A DNA stretch of 64,000 nt from a virus. Of this stretch, positions 24,625-33,791 are shown in pieces (the stretch's first letter is position 1; every line of letters starts with the position of its first letter). The translations under genes and the position numbers were made by a program. The notes below the pieces were generated by a model, which ran no database searches, was not told the origin of the DNA, and saw nothing but the letters and a program-made list of their open reading frames with translations. The stretch lies in the IMG/VR virus record IMGVR_UViG_3300048606_000091; one strand, given 5' to 3'.

Positions 24625-25592
24625 GTGATCTCTCCCGACGCGGCTGCGGTCAACACCTCCACCGCCAGGTCCACTTCCGGCTTCGGGAGACCCAGGCCAC
24701 GCACGTGATGCATGACCGATTCAACGTTGGTCAGTTCTACCCGCGAGCCAGACACAGCGGACAAGAACGCGTCCAACCGATGACGATAGTCGACCTTGGC
24801 GACATGCTCTTCCACCCGGAAGACTTCGCTGCCCGGCTTCGCGGTCTTCAGCTCGATGCGCTCGAACGCGTCGGGTCCCTGCACGCCGGAGTGCCAGATG
24901 GTCACAGCGGGCCGGCGGTTGAAATCCGACTCCTGCAGCGAGCCGCGAGACAGTGCGCCCTGGTTGCAAAACGTCACGCCATCGACCTCGAACGCGCCAT
25001 GCAAGTCATGTACATGCCCGTAGTATAGATGGCCCCCGTTGCCCATCCACTCCGCAACGTCAGACGCCGGAATGTTCTCCCACGGCAGCTCCAGGCCCGG
25101 TGGGTACAGCGGCGCATGCGTCACGATTAGAGACTCGGTGCGGCGCGACCGGTACACCTCAGACCACGCATTGAACGCGGGCTGGCCCTCCGACCAGTGC
25201 TGCTGCCACGGCACCCCGTACAGCGGAAGGTCACCAGCCCAACCGTCGAGCAAATTCATACCAGCCTGCAGCAGCACACCGAATGGTTGCGTCTCGAAGA
25301 TGGAAGCAATGCGATCATTAAGGATGTCATGATTTCCCACCACCCCGTACACCGTGCAAGGATAACACTGGATGGTGTCAATCATTCGCTGCACAGTCTT
25401 GTGTGACGTGCGAGACGGAGTCTTGATGTGGAAGATGTCACCAGCGAAAACAACAGCATCCACCGAACGCTCAGCAGCAATCAGACCTACTTCACCCAAC
25501 AAAGTGAACAAGTCATCGTTGTAAGCTGGAGTGCAAGAACTAGGTTCCTTATCGGAAAGATGGACGTCGCCTACACAAAGGATGTCAACCAC
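24621..25592 (-). CDS. SbcD/Mre11-like metallophosphoesterase nuclease
   Basis: GDVHL, GDIFH, GNHD and GHVH motifs. Confidence 0.88.
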   Translation of the reverse strand: MVDILCVGDVHLSDKEPSSCTPAYNDDLFTLLGEVGLIAAERSVDAVVFAGDIFHIKTPSRTSHKTVQRMIDTIQCYPCTVYGVVGNHDILNDRIASIFETQPFGVLLQAGMNLLDGWAGDLPLYGVPWQQHWSEGQPAFNAWSEVYRSRRTESLIVTHAPLYPPGLELPWENIPASDVAEWMGNGGHLYYGHVHDLHGAFEVDGVTFCNQGALSRGSLQESDFNRRPAVTIWHSGVQGPDAFERIELKTAKPGSEVFRVEEHVAKVDYRHRLDAFLSAVSGSRVELTNVESVMHHVRGLGLPKPEVDLAVEVLTAAASGEIT

Positions 25593-25612
25593 AACTAGTT
25601 CTACCCCCAGAG

Positions 25613-26857
25613 CTAAGACTTCCGACCGACCCGGACCACGGTCACACCGTCTTGATCCGCGATATAGCCGAACGGGTCGATGACCACCGAGCGGGGAGCG
25701 AACTTCAAGTCTTGCCAGACACGGTGCTTAGTAGCGATCACGAACACCGAAGGATTCGTGAAGTCCGGAAGCTCGTCACCGGTGTGTGGATCGAGACTGC
25801 CCACCGCGTGCGTGCGGGACAGGTCGTCGAGCAGCAGCAGACCACACGAGCCTGACAAGATCGAACTTTCAGGCTTGTATGACCGGCCGAGGATCGTGAT
25901 TCCCATACCTGTTAGATCGGACCAATGCCGGACCAGCGAGGCGAGCCAGCTGTTCTGGTCTTCGCGGGCCCGAACCAGATAGCCCATGAAGTCAGTCGAC
26001 AGGCCCAGACGCTCAGCCAGCCAGGACATGGCGATCAGATCGCGCGGGTGACAGGCGCCGGAGTCGCCCATGCCGCCGCGCAGGTACGCCGGGGAGACGA
26101 TGCGGTCCGTGGCCAAGGAGAGCGCGTCGATCACGCTGTCACAATCCGCACCGGTCTTCTGCGAAATCTCCATGATGAGATTAGCGAACACGATCTTACT
26201 GCTGATGAACGTGTTGTACGCAACCTTGGTCAGCTCGGCGGATTCGATCGACATGACCTGCAAAGGCTTGTCGTGGATCTCCGCGTAAATCTCCCGGAGC
26301 GGGTCCGCATCCTCGGGACGGTCCACCCCGATCAACACGAACTCCGGGGTGCGCACGTCGTTAATCGTCGTTCCCATGGCAATAAAGAATGGGTTGTAGA
26401 CCAGAGTTACGTACTGATTGTCAAGTGAGCGAAGATACTTGTTGAACGAGCCTGGCAGCGCGGTGGACACGACCACCACGGTGACCCGCTTCTCCGCCTT
26501 GCGCGCCGCGTCGCACACGTCCCGGACCGCCTGCACCAGGAAGCCATACTCGAAGTCCTTGCGGTCCTCTGGTGCCGGGGTCTCGCCGCCGTACATCTTC
26601 GAGTGCGGGGTCTGCACCGCCACGTAGATCACATCGGTCTGAGCCACAACCTCCGCGATGGAATCCACGACATCGAACTGACTGTCAGCATAAACGAGAG
26701 TCTCGGCGAACTTGTCTTCGTTTAATTCACGATCACCAGACAAGTAAGACTTGTAATCATCCGATACATCATAACCAACCATATCGTGACCAGCTGCTGC
26801 AAAAGCAAGGAAACATGGCAGCCCAAGCTTCCCAAGACCTAGCCAGCCCACGCGCAT
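25613..26857 (-). CDS. UDP-glucose/GDP-mannose dehydrogenase family
   Basis: GLGKLG Rossmann motif, VAVQTP, VVSTALPG, AELTKVAYN, GGMGDSGACHPRD. Confidence 0.9.
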   Translation of the reverse strand: MRVGWLGLGKLGLPCFLAFAAAGHDMVGYDVSDDYKSYLSGDRELNEDKFAETLVYADSQFDVVDSIAEVVAQTDVIYVAVQTPHSKMYGGETPAPEDRKDFEYGFLVQAVRDVCDAARKAEKRVTVVVVSTALPGSFNKYLRSLDNQYVTLVYNPFFIAMGTTINDVRTPEFVLIGVDRPEDADPLREIYAEIHDKPLQVMSIESAELTKVAYNTFISSKIVFANLIMEISQKTGADCDSVIDALSLATDRIVSPAYLRGGMGDSGACHPRDLIAMSWLAERLGLSTDFMGYLVRAREDQNSWLASLVRHWSDLTGMGITILGRSYKPESSILSGSCGLLLLDDLSRTHAVGSLDPHTGDELPDFTNPSVFVIATKHRVWQDLKFAPRSVVIDPFGYIADQDGVTVVRVGRKS

Positions 26858-26861
26858 AAGA

Positions 26862-27611
26862 TCAACTCTTTCTATTCAGAACAGCAGCCAGGTAGATCTT
26901 CGAATCTGTCAGATATGAACATTTCGTTACTTCAAATAAATTACCAAAACTCGATTTCAGCTTTTCTTCATTGTACCAATCAGCATAATCACCCACAGCA
27001 TCGAAGTGTCGTACAAACTTCTCGAACTTAGGGTGTGTAGTGACATCATCGGGTGGCGCGGTGTTCGTCGCCTGGCGCCACCCGATGTCGCTATAGACCA
27101 TCAGACGCGCCTCTCCATCAACCCGGAGCGCTTCGTGCGCAGCTTCCATGAGTGAATACGCCCACGGGATGTGGTGCAGGACTCCGTTGCAATAGAAAAC
27201 GTCGAAAGATGCTGGTGTGAAATCAAAGTACGGATGCCGGTTTGACACCTGCATCACAGCAACCGGCTCGCATCCATACAGGCCCAAGACACGCTGCGCT
27301 ACCTGCAGATTCGCCAAGGACAGATCCGCCAGCGAGACCCGGTTACCTGCGAGCGCAAACTCCAAAGCCTCGATGCCCAGGCCACAACCAAAGTCTAAAA
27401 TGTCCTTATCAGTAGTGGAGTCTAAGCCCAGTACCTCACGCCACAAGCCCTGGTAGTTGCGCCAACCGCCATACCGAACGGCGCGCATCTGATCAACTAG
27501 ATCGAACAGCGATGTATCTGACAGCTCCATCAGATCGAACGCAGAGAAATAGCCCACATCGTCAACCGGTACATGCGTCCACGCGTGCACGCGATCAGCC
27601 CAGCTCAGCAC
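26862..27611 (-). CDS. class I SAM-dependent methyltransferase
   Basis: ILDFGCGLG and SFDVFYCNGVLHHI. Confidence 0.85.
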   Translation of the reverse strand: MLSWADRVHAWTHVPVDDVGYFSAFDLMELSDTSLFDLVDQMRAVRYGGWRNYQGLWREVLGLDSTTDKDILDFGCGLGIEALEFALAGNRVSLADLSLANLQVAQRVLGLYGCEPVAVMQVSNRHPYFDFTPASFDVFYCNGVLHHIPWAYSLMEAAHEALRVDGEARLMVYSDIGWRQATNTAPPDDVTTHPKFEKFVRHFDAVGDYADWYNEEKLKSSFGNLFEVTKCSYLTDSKIYLAAVLNRKS

Positions 27612-28267
27612 GACAGCACGCGGGCGATGTCACGACGGAGCAGCCGCTGCATGGGCTCGGAGTAAAACTCCGACGTTCGATACCCGGAGCGGGACTCCGA
27701 CCAGGTCTCGTCGTCGTGCCCACCGGTCAGGTCAAAGCGGTCATGCAGAATGCTCACATTGATGTTGTGCAGGATCCGTGCTTGGTTGCCCAGATCCTGC
27801 AGCCACGAATCGATGTGCGGACTCAGAGACATGTGTCCGAGCCGGTCATACAGTGCACGGGACACGATGGGAAAACAGCACATGGTGTGCCCTACCCCCG
27901 TGCTAGAGGGGCTCAGCACCGCCGGGGCAAGGGAGTTGAATCTGTCGAGAAACAGATCCCAGTTGTCTGTCTCCATGAAAGCGTCGTCATTCCACAGAAA
28001 CAACCACGGACCAGTCGACTGCTCGGCCAGGTCATTAACATACAGATGCAGTTTGTCATAACCATGCCGGCGGAAGGCTACCGAGCGATACCCCAACTCA
28101 TCCGCCACGGCTGCGGTCTCGGGGTCATCGTCGTCATAGCCGACCAACACCTCAATCCGAGCAGCGTCTGACGCGCGAGACATCAAGGACTCACACGAGC
28201 GCTCCAAGGACTGTGGGCGACCACGCGAGGGCAGAAGGACACTGCAGGCCGTCTCACTCACACACAA
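27605..28267 (-). CDS. GT2-family glycosyltransferase
   Basis: CSVLLPSRGR, VGYDDDD, FLWNDD (DxD-like). Confidence 0.85.
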   Translation of the reverse strand: MCVSETACSVLLPSRGRPQSLERSCESLMSRASDAARIEVLVGYDDDDPETAAVADELGYRSVAFRRHGYDKLHLYVNDLAEQSTGPWLFLWNDDAFMETDNWDLFLDRFNSLAPAVLSPSSTGVGHTMCCFPIVSRALYDRLGHMSLSPHIDSWLQDLGNQARILHNINVSILHDRFDLTGGHDDETWSESRSGYRTSEFYSEPMQRLLRRDIARVLSC

Positions 28268-28276
28268 CTATTCGGT

Positions 28277-28307
28277 GCCTACCTGGCAGCGGAAGTGCCA
28301 GGTAGGC
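28277..28307. terminator. hairpin, probable terminator
   Basis: 12-bp inverted repeat GCCTACCTGGCA/TGCCAGGTAGGC in an intergenic gap. Confidence 0.5.
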
Positions 28308-28316
28308 GTACACAAA

Positions 28317-28799
28317 TCAGGCTACCGCTGCTTCACGACTTTCATGACGTGGGCGTGGAAGATGATGATGGCTAGATGCTGGTGGTGTAACAAAAACTAG
28401 CGTCAAGGAACTCTGCTGGGGAAGCTGCAACATCCAGCGAGCCACATTCGCGGCCAGCAGTGCCTCCTCCTCGTCCACCCGGAGCAGCGCGGCTATGCCG
28501 GGGTCGTCTCCATCAGCGGCGTGCATGACAGCCCGTTTATACAGCGAAGGCTGTATGCGGCCACCAGACAACACGGGCCAGCGGCGCGATGCGGGGTGCA
28601 ACTCCAGCACTTCATGGAAGATGCGGGCCGTCACCGCCACGTCTGAGTCCGAATCGCCGGGGTCATCGGGAGCTGCTACTTGCACTAGGCGTAGCGCTCG
28701 CAGCAGCTCCCGACAATGGTCATCAGTCCAGGCAGAACCGACAACCGCCCCGTCCACTTGTACTGCCTCACTCAGCTGGAACACAGTTGCTGTCCCCAT
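28317..28799 (-). CDS. hypothetical protein
   Basis: ORF track. Confidence 0.6.
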   Translation of the reverse strand: MGTATVFQLSEAVQVDGAVVGSAWTDDHCRELLRALRLVQVAAPDDPGDSDSDVAVTARIFHEVLELHPASRRWPVLSGGRIQPSLYKRAVMHAADGDDPGIAALLRVDEEEALLAANVARWMLQLPQQSSLTLVFVTPPASSHHHLPRPRHESREAAVA

Positions 28800-28815
28800 T
28801 TGGAATCCTGTTCTC

Positions 28816-29913
28816 TTAGAGGACGTTGTCTAACTGTGCGTGGTCTGACGAGGCCCCACACAGCGGACAGTTACCAGCACGGTGCAATGCGTCCATGAAT
28901 GTCTTCCTAGCCGTTTCCGCTGAAATACGAGCGGTTGCCAGGGAGTCAGCCAATCGAGACTGCACCGAACTTGCTTGTGTGACGCGATCGATCTCCTCTC
29001 GCAACCTAGCACGTTGGGCGATTAGCAGATCAAAACTTTGAGTGTCAGGGACGTGTCGGATCCCGGCAGACGCCACCGCGTATCGGCCCCGAGCCTCTGA
29101 CAGTTCAGCCAAACGACCTGCCAACCTAGTACGCCCCATGGAGAGCCGGGTTAAACGAGAAACGTCCGGAACTACCCGCAGAGACGAACGGGCTTGATCC
29201 GCACGCGTCCGTGCCTCACCCAGCTCGACCATACGCTCGCGAAGGGAAATAAAGCTAGACGAAAGGGCCTCTGACCTGCTGAGAGACTCCTCAGCAGCCT
29301 TGCCGGCCTTCAAGCGTGCGGGCAGGGTCACATACTGCTGAAGATCAGCTTGGGCTTGAGTCAATTCAGAGTTCTTCATAGTGTAATAACGCTTTGCTTC
29401 ACTTGCGCGTCTGTTAGTCTCACGCACAGCGGAATAGATCATATTGACATTGGTTAACTTGCCTAGAACACGAGCTACCTCAGAACCTGTGTCTTCCAAA
29501 AGAAATGGACTATCGAACTGCCCGGCAATCCAAAGCTTTGAATCACCCAGCCCCAAGACTTCGGCGATTGCATCGGGCACGTTGGACGCACACTTAGTGA
29601 ACTCCACCGGAGATCCGTGCGCACCCGCAACCGCCAATGTGTAGGCGGAAACACTCTTTCCCCGCTCCACGGTTACGACAGTCGAGTCATTCAACACATC
29701 TTCGGGGCCAGAAATTTCCAAGGCGACCTTCGTTCGCGGCGCGCCCTGACGCACGTACGTCACCCCACGAGCGTTCTCCGCAACCAGCTTGAGCGCACGG
29801 ACGAACGCGGTCTTACCACTGCTTGAGCTACCTACAATGACAGTGAAAGGACCGAAAGCTAGGTGTGTACTTTGATGAGATTGGTAGTCAGTTAAAGTGA
29901 TGGACCTGAACAT
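28816..29913 (-). CDS. SbcC/Rad50-like ATPase, N-terminal half ending at zinc hook
   Basis: FRSITLTDYQSH, GSSSSGKT Walker A, GQFDSPF Q-loop, coiled coil, terminal CPLC. Confidence 0.8.
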   Translation of the reverse strand: MFRSITLTDYQSHQSTHLAFGPFTVIVGSSSSGKTAFVRALKLVAENARGVTYVRQGAPRTKVALEISGPEDVLNDSTVVTVERGKSVSAYTLAVAGAHGSPVEFTKCASNVPDAIAEVLGLGDSKLWIAGQFDSPFLLEDTGSEVARVLGKLTNVNMIYSAVRETNRRASEAKRYYTMKNSELTQAQADLQQYVTLPARLKAGKAAEESLSRSEALSSSFISLRERMVELGEARTRADQARSSLRVVPDVSRLTRLSMGRTRLAGRLAELSEARGRYAVASAGIRHVPDTQSFDLLIAQRARLREEIDRVTQASSVQSRLADSLATARISAETARKTFMDALHRAGNCPLCGASSDHAQLDNVL

Positions 29914-30052
29914 GAAGGGACCTTTCAGCACCATAGAAAAAACAGTGTCCCGAAAGGAAAGATCGCAGGGTCTAGGCGCATGGCTTGGGGCAAAACCGCG
30001 CACCGCTACCATGCTCTCAAACAGCGATCATCTCAGCGCCCAAACGGCCGAA

Positions 30053-30535
30053 CTAGGCTGAGTGGTCTGCCACAGAATCCAAGATTCGAGACAAAGCTAT
30101 ACCGCCTGTGTCATACCCTCTCGAAGCTGCAAGTGCGATAACTGTGTCTCGATCCGCTCGCGCAATAGCTCGACAGGCACGGAGAGACTCGCCGGGGGTC
30201 ATAGACAGCTCGATGGATTCCAGGTCGTCCAGCGGGCCAAGAGCGGACGCCTTGACCTTGGACTTGGAAGACTTCAGCTTCTCCCACGCGGCAACCGCTG
30301 CGCAGGCTTCTGCTTGTGAACCAGCGTTCTCTTTCTGAATTCCTGGGTAGTTAAGATCTCCAGTTGCACATGCCTTTTTCACGACGTTAATAGCTGTCGC
30401 AATTGCGTGACTTATTGTCATTCCCTTATTATTTAAATGAACTGCAATTCGTTCAATGTATGAAGGTAGACCTCCACGGTTCTCAATCCAATTCTTCTTG
30501 GGAGATCTATCTAATGCTCCTGGCATTGGCATCAC
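30053..30535 (-). CDS. actinophage hypothetical protein
   Basis: NWIENRGGLPSYIERIA motif; GGAGG RBS. Confidence 0.7.
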   Translation of the reverse strand: MMPMPGALDRSPKKNWIENRGGLPSYIERIAVHLNNKGMTISHAIATAINVVKKACATGDLNYPGIQKENAGSQAEACAAVAAWEKLKSSKSKVKASALGPLDDLESIELSMTPGESLRACRAIARADRDTVIALAASRGYDTGGIALSRILDSVADHSA

Positions 30536-30547
30536 CTCCCCAAGAAC

Positions 30548-30754
30548 TCAGGGGCTAGTAGCGCCCACGCGGTCCAATTCCTCCTCATAATTCGACCCAG
30601 CGGAGAGAGACTCCGCCATGTCATAGCTGTAGCCGCCACCCAGCTCCGCCGCTGACATGCGGTCGTACAGCTCGCTCACCGACCACCCGGCAGCAATGCG
30701 GGCCTTCATGTCAGCAACAGCAATGGGACCTCGCCCCTGCTTGTAGTTCGTCAT
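30548..30754 (-). CDS. small hypothetical protein, MTN class
   Basis: GGGTATGAC-N6-ATGACGAAC sets start at 30754. Confidence 0.65.
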   Translation of the reverse strand: MTNYKQGRGPIAVADMKARIAAGWSVSELYDRMSAAELGGGYSYDMAESLSAGSNYEEELDRVGATSP

Positions 30755-30822
30755 GATGCTGTCATACCCCCCACAATAGAAATGACCTCTCACTGAGTAA
30801 GAGGTCATTTCTAGTCTTCGGT

Positions 30823-30947
30823 TGGTCGCCTGGCGAGGACTCGAACCTCGCATTACCAGCCCCAACGGCTGGCGGGCTTGAAGCCTCGCGGAACTGACGC
30901 TGCCCAGGGCCCTTGGGTCTGCCGTTGCCGCCACGCTGATCAGGCTG
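30823..30947 (-). ncRNA. tRNA-like RNA with canonical T-arm, encoded CCA and TCA-containing loop
   Basis: GCGAGG-TTCGAGT-CCTCGC-CAGGCG-A-CCA 3' end; loop CT-TCA-AG; CAGCC/GGCTG arm; 5' boundary uncertain. Confidence 0.5.
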
Positions 30948-30990
30948 AGCCTGTCACCTTTACCCCACAAGCGATGTCCAGAGCATAGAA

Positions 30991-31020
30991 CAGCCCGCTT
31001 CTCCGGTGAGAAGCGGGCTG
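30991..31020 (-). terminator. intrinsic terminator
   Basis: 13-bp perfect inverted repeat with CGGT loop right after the 31026 stop. Confidence 0.75.
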
Positions 31021-31025
31021 AACTA

Positions 31026-32255
31026 CTAGTGGTGGTGCCCGTCGACGCCGTCCGGCAACATCCGGTGGCAGCCATCGCAGCGCTCAGCGTGGCGGATCAC
31101 GTCGCCGCCGGTACGCATGAGCACCTGCTGCTCAGCCGAACCGACATCCAACCCGTTGGCTGCTGCCGTGACCGCGTTTGTCAACGCGTACATCGTCAGC
31201 TGGTCCGACTCGACCAGGTTGGTGATGATGCGACGCCGCGCTGCGGTGGGGATCCGGAACTGCTCGAACAGATCCTCGGCCGTCGCGCTGACGGTGTTCG
31301 GGTCCAACCGGAGTCCGACCAGTCCCTGCACCCGCTCGAAGATCCCGTCGAAAGATCCGAGAGCCTCCTCGACCGCTGTCTCGGCCCACGCGAGCACCGA
31401 CTCCATGTCCTGCCCGGATGACTTACGGGACCAGACACCGCTGTCACGTCGGACATCGATCATGCCGTTGGTGCACCGCTGCCTGAACATGAATGCGTCG
31501 AATGCTGACTGCTTCTCGGCGGTCATCGAGTTCGTCCACTGGATGCCACCCCACCACGAGTCATCCACCTCGCCGGTGTCGGTGATGATCCGTGACACCT
31601 CGGGCAGGACCAGCTGCAGATGTGTCAACCGCAGGCTGTGAGTCAGCTTATTGCGATCCACGAACACCGACGAGCCGGGGTGCAGGCGTTCGATGACCGC
31701 GAGCACCCGGTCCAGAACCGCCAGGTTGCTGAACGGCTCCACCGACTCGCGAGTGATGCCCGCAGCCTTCTGCCTTTCACCCACCACCATGAGCTGCAGG
31801 CTCTTGTCCAAGCCAGCCCGGAACCAGTAGTTGAGCTGGTCCTCGGCCAACTCAGCAGGGCACCTGTCGATGTAGCCCTTGCCGATCGAGGGCACCGATG
31901 CGGCCTGGTGCACCGCGTCCAAGCTGAGCTGGTACTCGTGGCTGGCACCTGTCGGACCGATCGACATGTACACGTCGAGCGCCTCGGTGCCGTGGGTGGT
32001 GGCGATGTTCTCGTTCCATCCATCCTCGAACCGGAACCGGACGTTCTCGCCGGTCTCGAAAGGCACGAAGGCGAGCGGCTCGGTCTGGGCCAACACCTCA
32101 CGGCCCTGGTCCAGCGTGATCAGCTTGTCTCGCGCGATCATCTGCTCGACGGTGATTGGCGGATCGTTGGGACCGAAGGACATCACATCGCCGGTAACAG
32201 CGGGAGCCAGAATGTCGGCCGTAGGGGCAGTCATGTCAAACCTTTCGAGAGACAA
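31026..32255 (-). CDS. DUF932-like protein
   Basis: WWGGIQWTNS and FRQRCTNGM motifs. Confidence 0.65.
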   Translation of the reverse strand: MSLERFDMTAPTADILAPAVTGDVMSFGPNDPPITVEQMIARDKLITLDQGREVLAQTEPLAFVPFETGENVRFRFEDGWNENIATTHGTEALDVYMSIGPTGASHEYQLSLDAVHQAASVPSIGKGYIDRCPAELAEDQLNYWFRAGLDKSLQLMVVGERQKAAGITRESVEPFSNLAVLDRVLAVIERLHPGSSVFVDRNKLTHSLRLTHLQLVLPEVSRIITDTGEVDDSWWGGIQWTNSMTAEKQSAFDAFMFRQRCTNGMIDVRRDSGVWSRKSSGQDMESVLAWAETAVEEALGSFDGIFERVQGLVGLRLDPNTVSATAEDLFEQFRIPTAARRRIITNLVESDQLTMYALTNAVTAAANGLDVGSAEQQVLMRTGGDVIRHAERCDGCHRMLPDGVDGHHH

Positions 32256-32339
32256 TCAAAACCTTCACCAGAGTCCTACCCACCGACGCCAAAAACTGAC
32301 AGACACGGTCAGGTAAAGACCATATCTGTCAGATTCGGG

Positions 32340-33677
32340 TTACGGAACCAACCGGTGTATCACCGCACCCGGAGGCGGGCCATCCCTGCGAGTGGTTTGC
32401 GCCGACACCGCCGGGGCTCGGTCGACCAGAGCGGGCGTGGGAGCCGGCTTGACGGGCGCGACTACCTCCGCCACCGGAGCGGCCGGTGCGACCACCTCAG
32501 GGGCTGCGACAGGCTCTGGAGTCTCCACGGGAACCTCAGCCACGACAGGATCGGGCTCCGGAGCAGTACCGCCAGTCTCCGGATCGTCGACCTGCTTACG
32601 GGTCACAGTCGGATCTGCTGCGGTGGGCTTGAGGATCTCCCACGCCCGATCTCGAAGCTTGCGTCCCCACTCCAGATCGAAATCAGCCAGATCCAGGATC
32701 GACTGCAGACCCTGCAGCTGCGCTCCCTTATCGCCTGTCTTCATCTGTGGGTGATACAGATCCTCAGGGAAGTAATAGAACGAGCTGGTCTTCTTGACCA
32801 CCTTGGAAGCGACCAACACACCCATCGCTGCGTGCGCTTCGTTGAATCCACGACCCAACACCAGATACAGCGCTGCCACCTGCATAGGTGGCGCCAGCTT
32901 GTTCTTGGTCACCGTTGCCTGAGACATCATCGAATGAGCTTCGTTGATCTTCTCACCGGTCAACGGGTCAATACGCTCACCCTTGAATGTCTTGATGAGC
33001 TTGAAAGCAACTCGCTGCGACGAGTAATACTTCAGAGCCGTGCCGCCCGGAGTGGTGGTCCGCTTAGGCATGCCGGGACGGGCGGGCGCCATGTCGATGA
33101 CGTCACGTTCATGATTGATGAAGATCGCAGCCGTCCGAGTGCGGGCGAGAATTGGATTCAACTTGCCCAGCTCGTTGGACAGGATACGGGCCCGCTCCAT
33201 AGCTGAGGTCCGGGACTCGCCGTCCTCTTCCAAGAGCTTCTGCAACGTCATCGCCGGCACCGAGTCAAAAATGATGCAGCCGATGTCACCGGTCCGGGCG
33301 GCCTTGGACGCCACGGCCATACCTTGCTGCAAGCTAGCGGCCGGGTACGGATGGAACAGCGAACGATCTTCGGTGTTCACACCGAGCTGGTTCATGTACG
33401 GCTTGTCCAATGCTTGCTCAAAGTCAAGATAAAGAACCGGCAGCCCCATCTTCTGACACTGGGCTGCTACCTGACACGCAGTAGTGGTCTTGCCTGATTG
33501 ACTCGGTCCATAGAGTTCCGTGATTCGACCGCGCGCAATGCCGCCGCCCAGCACATAGTCTAAAGCAAGATTTCCTGTGGAAATGAATCCCTTGTCTTCG
33601 ATCACACTATCGAAAGACAGGTTTTCCTCGGCGTAAGCCTGGTCAAGAATGTCATTCAACGTAGCTAGTTCAGCCAC
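32340..33677 (-). CDS. recA: recombinase RecA with Pro/Ala/Val-rich C-terminal extension
   Basis: GGGIARGRITELYGPSQSGKTT, IIFDSV, FINHER, TPGGTALKYYSSQR, KNKLAPP. Confidence 0.95.
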   Translation of the reverse strand: MAELATLNDILDQAYAEENLSFDSVIEDKGFISTGNLALDYVLGGGIARGRITELYGPSQSGKTTTACQVAAQCQKMGLPVLYLDFEQALDKPYMNQLGVNTEDRSLFHPYPAASLQQGMAVASKAARTGDIGCIIFDSVPAMTLQKLLEEDGESRTSAMERARILSNELGKLNPILARTRTAAIFINHERDVIDMAPARPGMPKRTTTPGGTALKYYSSQRVAFKLIKTFKGERIDPLTGEKINEAHSMMSQATVTKNKLAPPMQVAALYLVLGRGFNEAHAAMGVLVASKVVKKTSSFYYFPEDLYHPQMKTGDKGAQLQGLQSILDLADFDLEWGRKLRDRAWEILKPTAADPTVTRKQVDDPETGGTAPEPDPVVAEVPVETPEPVAAPEVVAPAAPVAEVVAPVKPAPTPALVDRAPAVSAQTTRRDGPPPGAVIHRLVP

Positions 33678-33791
33678 CGATGCTCCTCAAAATGGCGCGG
33701 TCCGGGAGCAAAGCCAGTTCGCCGGGATCAGACGAAAGCGCTCAACCGGACCGCGCTTCGTCATTCTACCCGCCATTTAAAGAAAAAACAC

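Noticed and set aside
30053-30535. Evidence for a virion structural module
   Set aside because: Only a vague resemblance to proteins seen near head genes; no portal, capsid, terminase or tail motifs recognised in the window.
30823-30990. tmRNA
   Set aside because: No G3-U70 alanine identity pair, too short, and no tag reading frame recognisable.
31620-33206. 528-aa plus-strand ORF and similar long plus-strand ORFs (e.g. 47210-48526, 37038-37910, 15201-16049)
   Set aside because: Antisense to well-supported minus-strand genes; typical high-GC shadow frames without motifs.
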